Shown one piece after another: positions 1-9,483 of a stretch of DNA of 43,243 nucleotides. The DNA is taken from contig JBNMHH010000001.1 of assembly GCA_050872665.1 (NCBI GenBank), positions 1 to 43,243 of the forward strand, read 5' to 3'. The notes under the pieces were generated by a model. It saw only the letters and a list, made by a program, of their open reading frames with translations, had not been told where the DNA came from and ran no database searches. Position numbers and translations under genes: made by a program. How positions within the stretch are numbered: the stretch's first letter is position 1; every line of letters begins with the position of its first letter. This stretch comes from Helicobacteraceae bacterium (GTDB lineage Bacteria; Campylobacterota; Campylobacteria; Campylobacterales; Helicobacteraceae).

Positions 1-2
1 TG

Positions 3-587
3 CTACACCCATTTATGCCCTTTGTCAGCGAGTTTGTGTGGCAGAGTTTGCGCGGGAGTAGCATTGAGGATTCGCCCTCTATTATGGTAGAAAAATTCCC
101 CGCATTTAATGCGAATCTCACGCCAGAAAGCGACTTTGAGATAGTGCGGGACATTATAACCACCATTAGACGGGCAAAAACAAATATCGACTTGGCAAAT
201 AAATCCGTCCCACAGGCTTTTATCAAGGCGGATTTGCAGGACAAAAATATCGCAGAGATTTTCATCAAAAAACTTGCAAAATGCGAGAAAATTGATTTTG
301 TGGAATCCAAAATGCAACATTGTATCTTTGAGATTGGGGAGCATTGCGAAGTTTATATTCCCGCCGATTCGGTGGATTTGGACGCTTTAATCAAAAAGCT
401 AGAAGCAAAAATATCAAAGGCACAAAATGAAAAGGCAAAATTAGAATCAATGCTAAATAACGAAAATTTCATCAAAAACGCCCCGCAAAATTTGGTGGAT
501 TCAAACCGCAACGCGCTAAATGACACAAATGCGCGTTTGGAAAAACTAAGCACCGAGCTAGAATCACTAAAAAATATAAGGAATTAG
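3..587 (+). CDS. valS: Valyl-tRNA synthetase, C-terminal part (5' end outside window)
   Basis: Frame open from the window edge: LHPFMPFVSE anticodon-binding-domain motif and C-terminal coiled-coil arm (KLESMLNNENFIKNAPQNLV). Confidence 0.95.
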   Translation, partial: LHPFMPFVSEFVWQSLRGSSIEDSPSIMVEKFPAFNANLTPESDFEIVRDIITTIRRAKTNIDLANKSVPQAFIKADLQDKNIAEIFIKKLAKCEKIDFVESKMQHCIFEIGEHCEVYIPADSVDLDALIKKLEAKISKAQNEKAKLESMLNNENFIKNAPQNLVDSNRNALNDTNARLEKLSTELESLKNIRN

Positions 588-601
588 CAAGGAATCTATA
601 A

Positions 602-2593
602 ATGCTAACAGATAAGCAACATATTTTGCAAGAATATCAGCATTATTGCGAGGGTTTTAGTAATGTCGCTTTAAAATCCACTCACGCGGTGGTTTCGCCC
701 ACGATTTTGCAAAAAATGTCCAACAAGTATGCAAATCAGTATAAGCCCCTGCGTTCGCCACTTTTTTATGTCGGTGATAAGTATAAACTTATGGCGCAAT
801 TAAAAAGCCTTTTTCCAAAAGATATTGAATGTTATTTTGAGCCTTTTTGTGGCGGTGGTAGCTCGTTTTTAAATGTCAAAGCAAGGCGTTATAAGTTAAA
901 TGACATTGATTCTAATCTCATTTCATTACATACACTTTTGCAAAATTATGCACAGAATAAAGAGGGCTTTTTTTACAATCTTTTTAGTCTTATAAAATCT
1001 TATAATCTTTCTTGTTCGCTTTTAGGCATTATCCCGCCATTAGAATTGCGCCAAAGCCACAAAAAGACTTATTTTGCGAGGTTTAATAAAAGCGCGTATC
1101 TTAAAATGAGGGCAGATTTTAATGCCGATAAAAGCGACATTGCAAAACTTTATCTTTTGCTGATTTATGGCTTTAATCGCTTTTTGCGCTTCAATGCAAA
1201 GGGCGATTTTAATCTGCCTGTGGGCAATGTGGATTTTAATAGCAATGTGTTTAATGCACTAAATGATTATTTTGATTTTGTGCAAGGCAAGGATATGGAA
1301 TTTTTTAACGATGATTATCAAGCGTTTTTGTCGCGCTTTGGGATAAAAAAGGGTAATTTTATTTACTTTGACCCGCCGTATCTTATCAGCGATAGCGAGT
1401 ATAATAAGCTGTGGAATGCGGATAAAGAGATGGAATTTTACGCGTTTTTGGATAGTCTAGATTCAAGAGGAGTGCGCTTTGGGCTTACAAATTTGCTGAC
1501 ACACAAAGGCAGACATAATGAAATGTTAGAGCGATTCGCACAAAAATATCACTGCAAAGACATTGTGAGTAATTACATTAGCTTTAATGACAATACTATC
1601 AAAAAAGATTCGCGTGAAATTTATGTGAGTAATTATAAAAATGAAATAGACTACATTTACATCAACGCAATAGACAAGACGAAATTACAAGACTTAATCC
1701 AAAGTCCGCTTAACTACACAGGCTCGAAATTTAGGCTTTTGCCACAGATTTTGCCCCTTTTCCCAAAAGACATTGGCACAATGGTGGATTTGTTTTGCGG
1801 TGGGGCAAGTGTGGGGATAAATGTGAGCGCAGGGCACATAATTTTGAATGACAAAATCAAAGAATTAGTAGAGATTTTATCGCTTCTAAAGCGCGAAAAT
1901 ATACAATCGCTTTTGGGGCAAATTGAGCGTATTATCGCAGATTTTCATCTTTCAGATTCGGCTAAATTTGGCTATAAATTTTATAAATGCGATAGCACAA
2001 AAGGGCTATCAAGCTACAATAAAGCTGGGTTTTCGCGCTTAAAAAACGCCTACAATAGCGACAAGGACGCACTAAAACTTTTTGTGCTAATTATTTATGC
2101 CTTTAACAACCAAATCCGCTTTAATTCCAAAGGCGAGTTTAATTTGCCCTGTGGCAAAAGAGACTTTAATGCTAAAATGCAACAAAAGCTAAAAAACTTT
2201 ATCCAAGCAATGCAAAGCAAAAATATAAGCCTAGAAAATAAGGATTTTAGGGAGCTTGATAGCGGGATTTTAGACAGACAAAGCCTTGTGTATATCGACC
2301 CGCCTTATTTGCTTGCAAACGCTGGATATAATGAAAATGGCGGGTGGAGTGAGTGTGATGAAAAAGATTTGCTAGATTTTATAAATTTTCTAGATTCTAG
2401 AGGAGTGAGATTTGCGCTTTCAAATGTGCTTTTTCACAAAGGCAAGGAGCATAAAATCCTTGCTACTTGGCTAAAATCTAATCCCAAATTCCACACGCAT
2501 TTTTTGGACTTTTCTTACAAAAATTGCAACTATCAAACCAAAAGAGCAGAATCTAGAGAAGTGCTAGTTGTGAATTTTAAGGCGGAACAATGA
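602..2593 (+). CDS. Dam-family N6-adenine DNA methyltransferase with two fused MTase domains
   Basis: Two complete motif sets: SPLFYVGDK/EPFCGGGS/DPPY and SPLNYTGSK/DLFCGGAS/DPPY. Confidence 0.92.
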   Translation: MLTDKQHILQEYQHYCEGFSNVALKSTHAVVSPTILQKMSNKYANQYKPLRSPLFYVGDKYKLMAQLKSLFPKDIECYFEPFCGGGSSFLNVKARRYKLNDIDSNLISLHTLLQNYAQNKEGFFYNLFSLIKSYNLSCSLLGIIPPLELRQSHKKTYFARFNKSAYLKMRADFNADKSDIAKLYLLLIYGFNRFLRFNAKGDFNLPVGNVDFNSNVFNALNDYFDFVQGKDMEFFNDDYQAFLSRFGIKKGNFIYFDPPYLISDSEYNKLWNADKEMEFYAFLDSLDSRGVRFGLTNLLTHKGRHNEMLERFAQKYHCKDIVSNYISFNDNTIKKDSREIYVSNYKNEIDYIYINAIDKTKLQDLIQSPLNYTGSKFRLLPQILPLFPKDIGTMVDLFCGGASVGINVSAGHIILNDKIKELVEILSLLKRENIQSLLGQIERIIADFHLSDSAKFGYKFYKCDSTKGLSSYNKAGFSRLKNAYNSDKDALKLFVLIIYAFNNQIRFNSKGEFNLPCGKRDFNAKMQQKLKNFIQAMQSKNISLENKDFRELDSGILDRQSLVYIDPPYLLANAGYNENGGWSECDEKDLLDFINFLDSRGVRFALSNVLFHKGKEHKILATWLKSNPKFHTHFLDFSYKNCNYQTKRAESREVLVVNFKAEQ

Positions 2594-4476
2594 AAACGCA
2601 ATATGATTATTTTGGCAATACAAGTTTGAGGGTAAAAAATCTACTTTTTAACTTTGAGACACAGCTAATTTTATTTGAGGAGCTGTTTTTAGATGCTGAT
2701 GAAAATGACATTTGGAGCAATGATTCAGAGCTACAAATCCGCTATTTAGAGCTTTTAAAAACACACAATCTTTTGGATAATAAAAATCAAACAACGCAAC
2801 TTGGCACAAAGGATGCGAGAGTAAAATCCGCACCATTAGAGGATTTAAATCTCATCAAAAGAAAAGAAAAAGTCATCACACCACAAGGCTACGAGCTTTT
2901 AGAACTTATCAAAAATCAAGCCTATAAAATCAACAATGAATTTTTGCAAATTGATTTGGTGTCTTTATTTTTCTTAAAAGCACAGCTTAATTTTGCCAAA
3001 TCGCCAAATTTATTGCAAAAATACTTGGAAGTTTTTAGAGAATTTGAGGGCGAAATAAGTATGGATATTTTTGCACTTTTGCCTTTAATCAACAACTTTA
3101 AAACCACAAAAGATTTTATAGATAGCATAAAAAATCGCACAATTTTTATAAAGGTTGCAGATTCTGCAAATTTAAATGACTTTTTAGCCGACTTAGAAAA
3201 AGGCTCATTTAAAACAGATTATTTCAAAACCGCAAAAGGCGATGCAACAGCTATTAGCATTATAGGTGTTTTAGAAAAAATCTTTTTGCCACTGCGAAAA
3301 AGCAAAGATAACAAAATGCTTAAAAATCTACTTTCGCCACAATGTGAATCCCAATTTTTAAATTTTAAAAAACTTTATTTGCCCTATATTAGCCAAGCCA
3401 CCAAAAAAGAGGAAAAGCTACAAGAAGTCTATGATTTTGTTTGCGCTGGGGATTTAAAAGCATTTGGCATAAGATTTTATGATTTGATTACGCGCTCTCG
3501 TTTAGAGGCAAATTTAGATGATTATTGCGACTTGAACCGCAGATATTTGAATCTATCTGGGGTTTTTGAATTTGATAAGGATAAAGTTAGCCTAAATCTC
3601 GTCTTTAAGATGATTTTAGCACATTCTAAGCATAACGAGATTTTGGATAAAATCGCTAAAAATAAAGTTTCAAAAGATTTATTGAGTGAGTATTTTAATG
3701 ACAAAGAATTTAAGGCGTTTTTTGAAAAATACGGCATTGCAAATCAAGGCGATTTGACAAACTACAAGCAAAAAACTGATAAGCAAAAGCTAAAAAATCT
3801 TATTGATTCACAATTCAAAAAAGATGAAATCATTGAGATTTTAGGGCTTTTTGAGGATAGAAAAAATGATGAAAAAATTATCAAAAAAGTAACCACAGAG
3901 GCTACAATTCCTACAATCTTTGAGTATATCATCGCTATTGCTTGGCATTATATTGATGATGAAAATTTAGATAGGATTTTGGGAGCTGGGCTTAGCCTTG
4001 ATTCAAATCTTTTGCCAAAAAGCCACGCTGTGGGTGGTGAGGCTGATTTTGTATTTTGCTATGACAATCACGCTTTGATGATAGAAGTAACGCTTACTGA
4101 AAAAACAAATCAAAGACGCGCAGAAATGGAAAGTGTTTCAAGACATTTGGGAAATTTGTTGTTGAATCTAGATTCTACAATGCAAGAAAAATCCTTTGGA
4201 ATCTTTATCGCTCCGTATTTAGACAAAAATGTGCTAAATGATTTTAGGAGCAGAATATATTGTTATTTTGAAAAAGAAACAAAATTTATCAAAGGAATGA
4301 AAATTTTGCCACTTAGCACAAGCGAGATTATCAAAATCTTGCAATCAAAGCGCAACTATCAAAGCCTCATTCCACATTTTCATACGCTTTTTGAAAGCAA
4401 AAATGATTGGGGTAGCAAGTGGTATGAAAATGAGATTTTGCCTTTCATAGACTCTTTAAAGATTGGCAATGTATAA
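2590..4476 (+). CDS. AlwI-family type IIS restriction endonuclease
   Basis: N-terminal GNTSLR; C-terminal TIFEY...PKSHAVGGEADF...IEVTL...QRRAEMESVSRHL; ATGA overlap with upstream MTase; lies between MTases. Confidence 0.8.
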   Translation: MKTQYDYFGNTSLRVKNLLFNFETQLILFEELFLDADENDIWSNDSELQIRYLELLKTHNLLDNKNQTTQLGTKDARVKSAPLEDLNLIKRKEKVITPQGYELLELIKNQAYKINNEFLQIDLVSLFFLKAQLNFAKSPNLLQKYLEVFREFEGEISMDIFALLPLINNFKTTKDFIDSIKNRTIFIKVADSANLNDFLADLEKGSFKTDYFKTAKGDATAISIIGVLEKIFLPLRKSKDNKMLKNLLSPQCESQFLNFKKLYLPYISQATKKEEKLQEVYDFVCAGDLKAFGIRFYDLITRSRLEANLDDYCDLNRRYLNLSGVFEFDKDKVSLNLVFKMILAHSKHNEILDKIAKNKVSKDLLSEYFNDKEFKAFFEKYGIANQGDLTNYKQKTDKQKLKNLIDSQFKKDEIIEILGLFEDRKNDEKIIKKVTTEATIPTIFEYIIAIAWHYIDDENLDRILGAGLSLDSNLLPKSHAVGGEADFVFCYDNHALMIEVTLTEKTNQRRAEMESVSRHLGNLLLNLDSTMQEKSFGIFIAPYLDKNVLNDFRSRIYCYFEKETKFIKGMKILPLSTSEIIKILQSKRNYQSLIPHFHTLFESKNDWGSKWYENEILPFIDSLKIGNV

Positions 4477-5563
4477 ACTCTCATCGCGCCGCTACACAGG
4501 GGCAAAGACAAGGCTTTTAGCCCATATAGATAGCGTTTTTTTAAAGCATTTGAGAGCACTAAAAGATAGACAAAATCTAAGTTTTTTTGATGTCTTTGCA
4601 GGCACGGGCGTGGTGAGTGAATACTTTATGCGAAATTATGGGCTAAAATCTAGTGAAGAAAATCCACGCTTTACGCACTTTATCATAAATGACTTTTTGC
4701 ACGCAAATTACGCGATTTATAAGGGCTTTTTTGGTAAGCAATCTTTTGACATTGCCAAACTTCAACGCATAGCGCAGGGCTATAATGATTTACATTTAAA
4801 TAAAATCCCACCAAATTATTACACACGCTCTTTTGGCAATCTCTTTTTTAGCCTCACAGATTCGAGCATTATCGGGCATATCCGCGATGATTTAGACAAT
4901 CTTTTGCGCTTAGGCACAATCACGCAAAAAGAATTTTATATTTTGCTTTCAAGCCTTATTTATAGCACCGATAGGGTGGCAAATACGGTCGGGCACTATG
5001 ATGCGTATCGTAAAAATGTGGCTTTGCAAGATAGATTTAGATTCGCGCTAATAGAGCCTTTGGCGTGTGATTGTGAGATTTTTAGGGAGGATTCTAATGC
5101 TTTGGTGCAAGACTTTGTCAAGCAAAAACGCCAAATCGACATAGCCTTTATAGACCCGCCGTATAATTCTAGGCAGTATGCGAGATTTTATCATTTGCTT
5201 GAAACGCTTAGCAAAAATGATAAACCCAAACTCTATGGTGTGGCAAAAAAGCCTACGCCTGAAAATGTAAGCAAATACTGCAAAAGCGAGGCAAAACAAG
5301 CCTTTGAGAATCTCATAGAAAATCTATCAAAATGCGCTAAAATTTTGCTCGTTACATACAATAACACCATTTTAGCAAATCCTAGAAGCAATACCAGAAT
5401 GAATGAGGAACAAATTACCCAAATTTTGCAAAGACTCGGCACTACACACAAATACGAGTTTGATTTCAAAGCATTTAGCACGGGCAAGACAGAATTTAAA
5501 AACCACAAAGAGATGATTTTTGCGTGTGAGGTAGATTTGGCTTTAAGAAGCCAAATCTTATAA
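4469..5563 (+). CDS. D12-class N6-adenine DNA methyltransferase
   Basis: RRYTGAK, DVFAGTGVV, DPPYNSRQY; ATG at 4469 overlaps the endonuclease 3' end (ORF track starts at TTG 4463). Confidence 0.9.
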   Translation: MYKLSSRRYTGAKTRLLAHIDSVFLKHLRALKDRQNLSFFDVFAGTGVVSEYFMRNYGLKSSEENPRFTHFIINDFLHANYAIYKGFFGKQSFDIAKLQRIAQGYNDLHLNKIPPNYYTRSFGNLFFSLTDSSIIGHIRDDLDNLLRLGTITQKEFYILLSSLIYSTDRVANTVGHYDAYRKNVALQDRFRFALIEPLACDCEIFREDSNALVQDFVKQKRQIDIAFIDPPYNSRQYARFYHLLETLSKNDKPKLYGVAKKPTPENVSKYCKSEAKQAFENLIENLSKCAKILLVTYNNTILANPRSNTRMNEEQITQILQRLGTTHKYEFDFKAFSTGKTEFKNHKEMIFACEVDLALRSQIL

Positions 5564-5577
5564 AAATTTACTCCACT

Positions 5578-6846
5578 TTATTCATTTTTCCTTTGATATT
5601 CCCTGCCTAAAAGGACGCCTAAAATCCCCCATACAAAGCTGATTCCTGCGCCTACTAGCAATACTACCATTATGCCAATACTTGCAAAAATGCCCTCTAC
5701 TTGTGCGCTCAAAGCGTCTCCACCGCGATAGACTACGGCGTCAAGGAAATTTTTGACTTTGTATTTTTCATCGCTACTTAGCGGGACAAAGAGCATTTCT
5801 CGTGCTGGTTTGACTAGCGCGTATTCGCCCACTCGGCGCAAACTCATCACTATCACAAATGGCAAAAACGCTGGGTGCGTGAATGCGAGGACTATGAATC
5901 CAAAGCCGATGATGAATCCTAACGCGCCTAGCATTGTGGTTAGCTTAAAAAACTGCGCGATTTTGGCGGTTAGAAAGATTTGGATAAAGAGTGCGGAGCT
6001 TTGCACGATTAAGTCGATATTGGCAAACGCCGCCACTCGCGCCTCTCGCGTGGGGAAAAGCTCTTTTATGATTCGCGCTTGTTCCATATAAAGAAAGGTT
6101 GAAACGCTAGTAAGCAGTAGCACAAACGCGCATAGTGCGAGTAAATAGCGGGATTTGATGATGAGGCTAAAGCCCACGAATGGATTTTTCGCACCGATTG
6201 TTTTATCAAATCGCGCTAGAGATTGAGGCGATTCAAAGCGTGAGAGTTCCGCAATCATTGCGTATTTTAGCACGAGTGCGATTCCTAGTAAAATCATTGA
6301 GGCAAAGATAATGTTGCTAGTGCCGATATGGGCGACTAAAAACTTCACACTTGCCGCCCCTGCGATACTGCCTAAACTCGCCCCTGCGGCGATAATGCCA
6401 AAAAGTCGCTGACTTGCTTCCTTGCTGAAAATGTCGCTAAGCAAACTCCACGCGCTTGAGAATGTAAAAAGGTTAAACACGCTAACCCACACATAAAAGA
6501 TTCGACATAGCCAAATAAACTCCGTGCTATCACTCGCAATCCCGCGCATTGCGCCGTAAAATGCGAGTAGATTTAGCCCGAAAAATACTAGCACAAAATC
6601 GATATAAAATCGCCTTTTGACGCGCGTAGATAGCCACATAAGCGCGAATGAAGCGATGATACAAGCGATAAATGTCGCTAGAAATAGCCATTTTAGGTTT
6701 GATTCGCCACCGCTTAAGCCCAAAGCATCGCGCACAGGGCGTAGCAAAGAGTATGAGCTAAAAAGCGCGAAAATAAAGGCAAAGCTAAGTGCCAAGAGTT
6801 TGAATTCGCCGTCCTTTAGGCTAAAAACTTTGTGTAAAAATGTCAT
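5578..6846 (-). CDS. MFS transporter, TLC/NTT (ATP/ADP translocase-like) family
   Basis: Many TM segments; LLRPVRDA, FYVWVSVFNLF, RLFGIIAAGASLG, KPAREMLF...KYKVKNFLD..VYRGGD motifs. Confidence 0.8.
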   Translation of the reverse strand: MTFLHKVFSLKDGEFKLLALSFAFIFALFSSYSLLRPVRDALGLSGGESNLKWLFLATFIACIIASFALMWLSTRVKRRFYIDFVLVFFGLNLLAFYGAMRGIASDSTEFIWLCRIFYVWVSVFNLFTFSSAWSLLSDIFSKEASQRLFGIIAAGASLGSIAGAASVKFLVAHIGTSNIIFASMILLGIALVLKYAMIAELSRFESPQSLARFDKTIGAKNPFVGFSLIIKSRYLLALCAFVLLLTSVSTFLYMEQARIIKELFPTREARVAAFANIDLIVQSSALFIQIFLTAKIAQFFKLTTMLGALGFIIGFGFIVLAFTHPAFLPFVIVMSLRRVGEYALVKPAREMLFVPLSSDEKYKVKNFLDAVVYRGGDALSAQVEGIFASIGIMVVLLVGAGISFVWGILGVLLGREYQRKNE

Positions 6847-6950
6847 TTGGTATCCTTTGATATGGAATTTTGGCTTGAATCCTAAAGATTTTGCGAATCA
6901 TTGCGAATCTAAAAATCTTTTGCGAATCAAAAGCCAAAAATAAAAATGCA

Positions 6951-6981
6951 ATTATAAAAGATGATAGCTACTATCTGTCAA
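6951..6981 (-). promoter_or_regulatory. MerR-type promoter/operator copy 1 (transporter)
   Basis: Minus strand TTGACA-gatagtagctatcatcttt(19 nt)-TATAAT; dyad GATAG-tag-CTATC. Confidence 0.85.
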
Positions 6982-7053
6982 GGGTTTTTGGAAAATTTTT
7001 GTGAAAAGTTTGGGAAATTCTATTATAATAAAAGAAAATATTTTGGAGTTAAG

Positions 7054-9174
7054 ATGAGGGTTTTAATTATCGCAGCTGGAATTCCCGGTTCTGGAAAATC
7101 CACAGCCATTAAAAATCTAGCGACTAAATATAAGACAGCGGAAAGTTGCGTTATATGCCCTGACACGCTAAGAAAACAATATCTTGGGCTATTTCCATAC
7201 AAAGGCGGCTTGAAAATCTCACTTGACGCCGATGCAAAGGTTTGGGCTCAAGCAAAAGCAATGGCTGAATCCAAATTTGAATTAGGGCAAACTATCATTT
7301 TTGATTCCACAGGATTATCGGATATGAAATGGCTTGAAAAAATGGCTAAACAATATCGCTACCGCACTTTGTATGTGGTATTTGATAATGTGGATATTGA
7401 TACTTGTATAAAGCGCGTAAAAGAGAGAGCTGAGAACAATCAAATCCCCGATGAAGTTTTATATAGTTTTGATTTAAAAATGTCAAAATATAAAGATAAA
7501 ACTGCAAGTAATATTTACAAATACTCCGAAGGAAAAAGCATTGAAGATGCTTGGGATTGGACTAAATATTATTTGCAGGATTTTAGCGATTTTAAAAAGG
7601 TTAATATAATCCCAGATATTCACGGGCAATTTAATTGCCTAAAACAAATTGATTTTATAGATACTGAAGCATATATTTTTGTAGGTGATTTAATCGATAG
7701 AGGAACGCAAAATGTAGAAGTGATAGAAAAGATTATAGAGTTAGCAGAAAAGCCAAATATTTTTTTAATCACTGGTAACCACGATAATAGATTGCTAAAA
7801 TGGGCTAATGATTTAAACGCCAAATCTAGCGGATTCAAGCACACTCTAAAAGAAATCGAAACAAAAGTGCAAAATATTGCAGAGTTTAAAAAGAAAATAG
7901 CGCGAATCTCAACGCATTTTAAGGATTATTTATATTTTAAATTTTGCGATGAGTTATATTTTGTGAATCATAGTGGCGTTGATAATATGTATGAAAATAT
8001 ACCAAGTGCGTTGCTTAATGGAGTGCAAACTTATGGATATAGTGGTACTATATATAGTAATTATCACGACTATAAAGAAGTAGGACATAATTGGCTAAAA
8101 AATAATCCAAATATAACGCAAATCTTTGGACATAGAAATGTGAGTAATATTGTGGATTATAAAATCAATGAAAGGTGTTATTGTGTAGAATGCGGAATTG
8201 AATCGGGAGCTAATATGAAAATATTGCAATTACCCGATAAAACAATAAAAACATATAAAAATGACGGCTCTAATGTCATAAGTAGCATTCCACTAGAAGT
8301 TGATGAAAGCATTGATAAATACATTAGAATTAAAAAATTTACTAATCAAGGTATCGAATCTCATAATTACTCAAGGAATGTTTTTGATAAAAATATTTGG
8401 AATGCAGTAACTATAAAAGCGCGTGGATTATACAAATACACAGAAACTGGAGAAATCGCAGGTAGGTCTTATGATAAATTTTTCAATATTGATGAGATTG
8501 AGCCGTATTTAAAGTGGAAATCACGCGTAAAATTTCCTGTGTATTTTTATATGAAATATAATGGATATTTGGGCATTTTATTTTATAATAAAATCACGAG
8601 GGATTTAGAGTTTGCAACCAAATCAATGATAGGTAAAGATTTAAATGCAGAATTTGAACGATTGCTACCTTGCAAGGAATTTTTCAAAAAATATTGCAAA
8701 GAAAATAATGTAAGTTTTGTGTTTGAAGTGATTACAAAAAATGACCAAGAACACCCCATAGATTATGATGAGGATTTTGTCGTTTTGTTAGATTGTTTTA
8801 AAAATACTGAAGTTGAAGAAACTATCGATATTTTTAGCATTGATATGCCAAAAGAAATTAGAAAAAAGACATTACTTTATAAGGTGCTTAATGAAAGAGG
8901 ACTTGATAGTCTTATTGAGGTTTATAAAAATTCTTACGATTTAGATTATGAAGGGGTTGTGATAGCAGATAGCTCTAAAATTCCCAATCGCTTAAAAATT
9001 AAAACAAATTTTTATAATATTAAAAGGGCGTTAAGAGGATTATCTAGCAGTGATAAAATAGCTCATAAAGGTGATAAAAATTCGCGTATTATTTATGAAT
9101 TGCATAATTCCATAGAAAAATGGAAATCCGTCAAACTTAGCGATGTGCATAATATCTTAAATAAGATTCAATAG
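7054..9174 (+). CDS. Trifunctional RNA repair enzyme: polynucleotide kinase + metallophosphoesterase + Rnl1-like RNA ligase
   Basis: GIPGSGKST and PDTLR (kinase); DIHG, GDLIDRG, GNHD (calcineurin-like phosphoesterase); KYNG, FATKS, FEVI, EGVVI, KIKT (ligase). GGAG RBS before ATG 7054 and TATAAT at 7024-7029. Confidence 0.85.
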   Translation: MRVLIIAAGIPGSGKSTAIKNLATKYKTAESCVICPDTLRKQYLGLFPYKGGLKISLDADAKVWAQAKAMAESKFELGQTIIFDSTGLSDMKWLEKMAKQYRYRTLYVVFDNVDIDTCIKRVKERAENNQIPDEVLYSFDLKMSKYKDKTASNIYKYSEGKSIEDAWDWTKYYLQDFSDFKKVNIIPDIHGQFNCLKQIDFIDTEAYIFVGDLIDRGTQNVEVIEKIIELAEKPNIFLITGNHDNRLLKWANDLNAKSSGFKHTLKEIETKVQNIAEFKKKIARISTHFKDYLYFKFCDELYFVNHSGVDNMYENIPSALLNGVQTYGYSGTIYSNYHDYKEVGHNWLKNNPNITQIFGHRNVSNIVDYKINERCYCVECGIESGANMKILQLPDKTIKTYKNDGSNVISSIPLEVDESIDKYIRIKKFTNQGIESHNYSRNVFDKNIWNAVTIKARGLYKYTETGEIAGRSYDKFFNIDEIEPYLKWKSRVKFPVYFYMKYNGYLGILFYNKITRDLEFATKSMIGKDLNAEFERLLPCKEFFKKYCKENNVSFVFEVITKNDQEHPIDYDEDFVVLLDCFKNTEVEETIDIFSIDMPKEIRKKTLLYKVLNERGLDSLIEVYKNSYDLDYEGVVIADSSKIPNRLKIKTNFYNIKRALRGLSSSDKIAHKGDKNSRIIYELHNSIEKWKSVKLSDVHNILNKIQ

Positions 9175-9483
9175 TATTTTTTTTGGCGAATCTCACCATA
9201 AAATTTACTAATGATAAGCTGATTCGCATTTAAAACCTAACCCTACCAATACACCATAAATTTCAAGATTCCGCCAATTGCTTATACTTCTATCGCCAAA
9301 GTTATCATAATAGTCTAAACCAAAATTCCATTGCGTAATTTGCCCTATTTAGCACATATTTAATCCACACATTTGCGTAGTCCAAAATTATTTATTTAAC
9401 AAAATTTATGGTGTTATTGCTAACCACAACCTTACTTGTGGCGAGTTTATGTGTCATATTCGCCCACGAATCTTGCGCAAATC

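Noticed and set aside
6961-7053. ORF-track N-terminal extension of the RNA repair gene
   Set aside because: It starts inside the opposite-strand promoter; TATAAT and a GGAG RBS support ATG 7054.
7054-9174. Canonical Pnkp-Hen1 system
   Set aside because: No Hen1-like methyltransferase gene in the window, and the ligase motifs look Rnl1-like.
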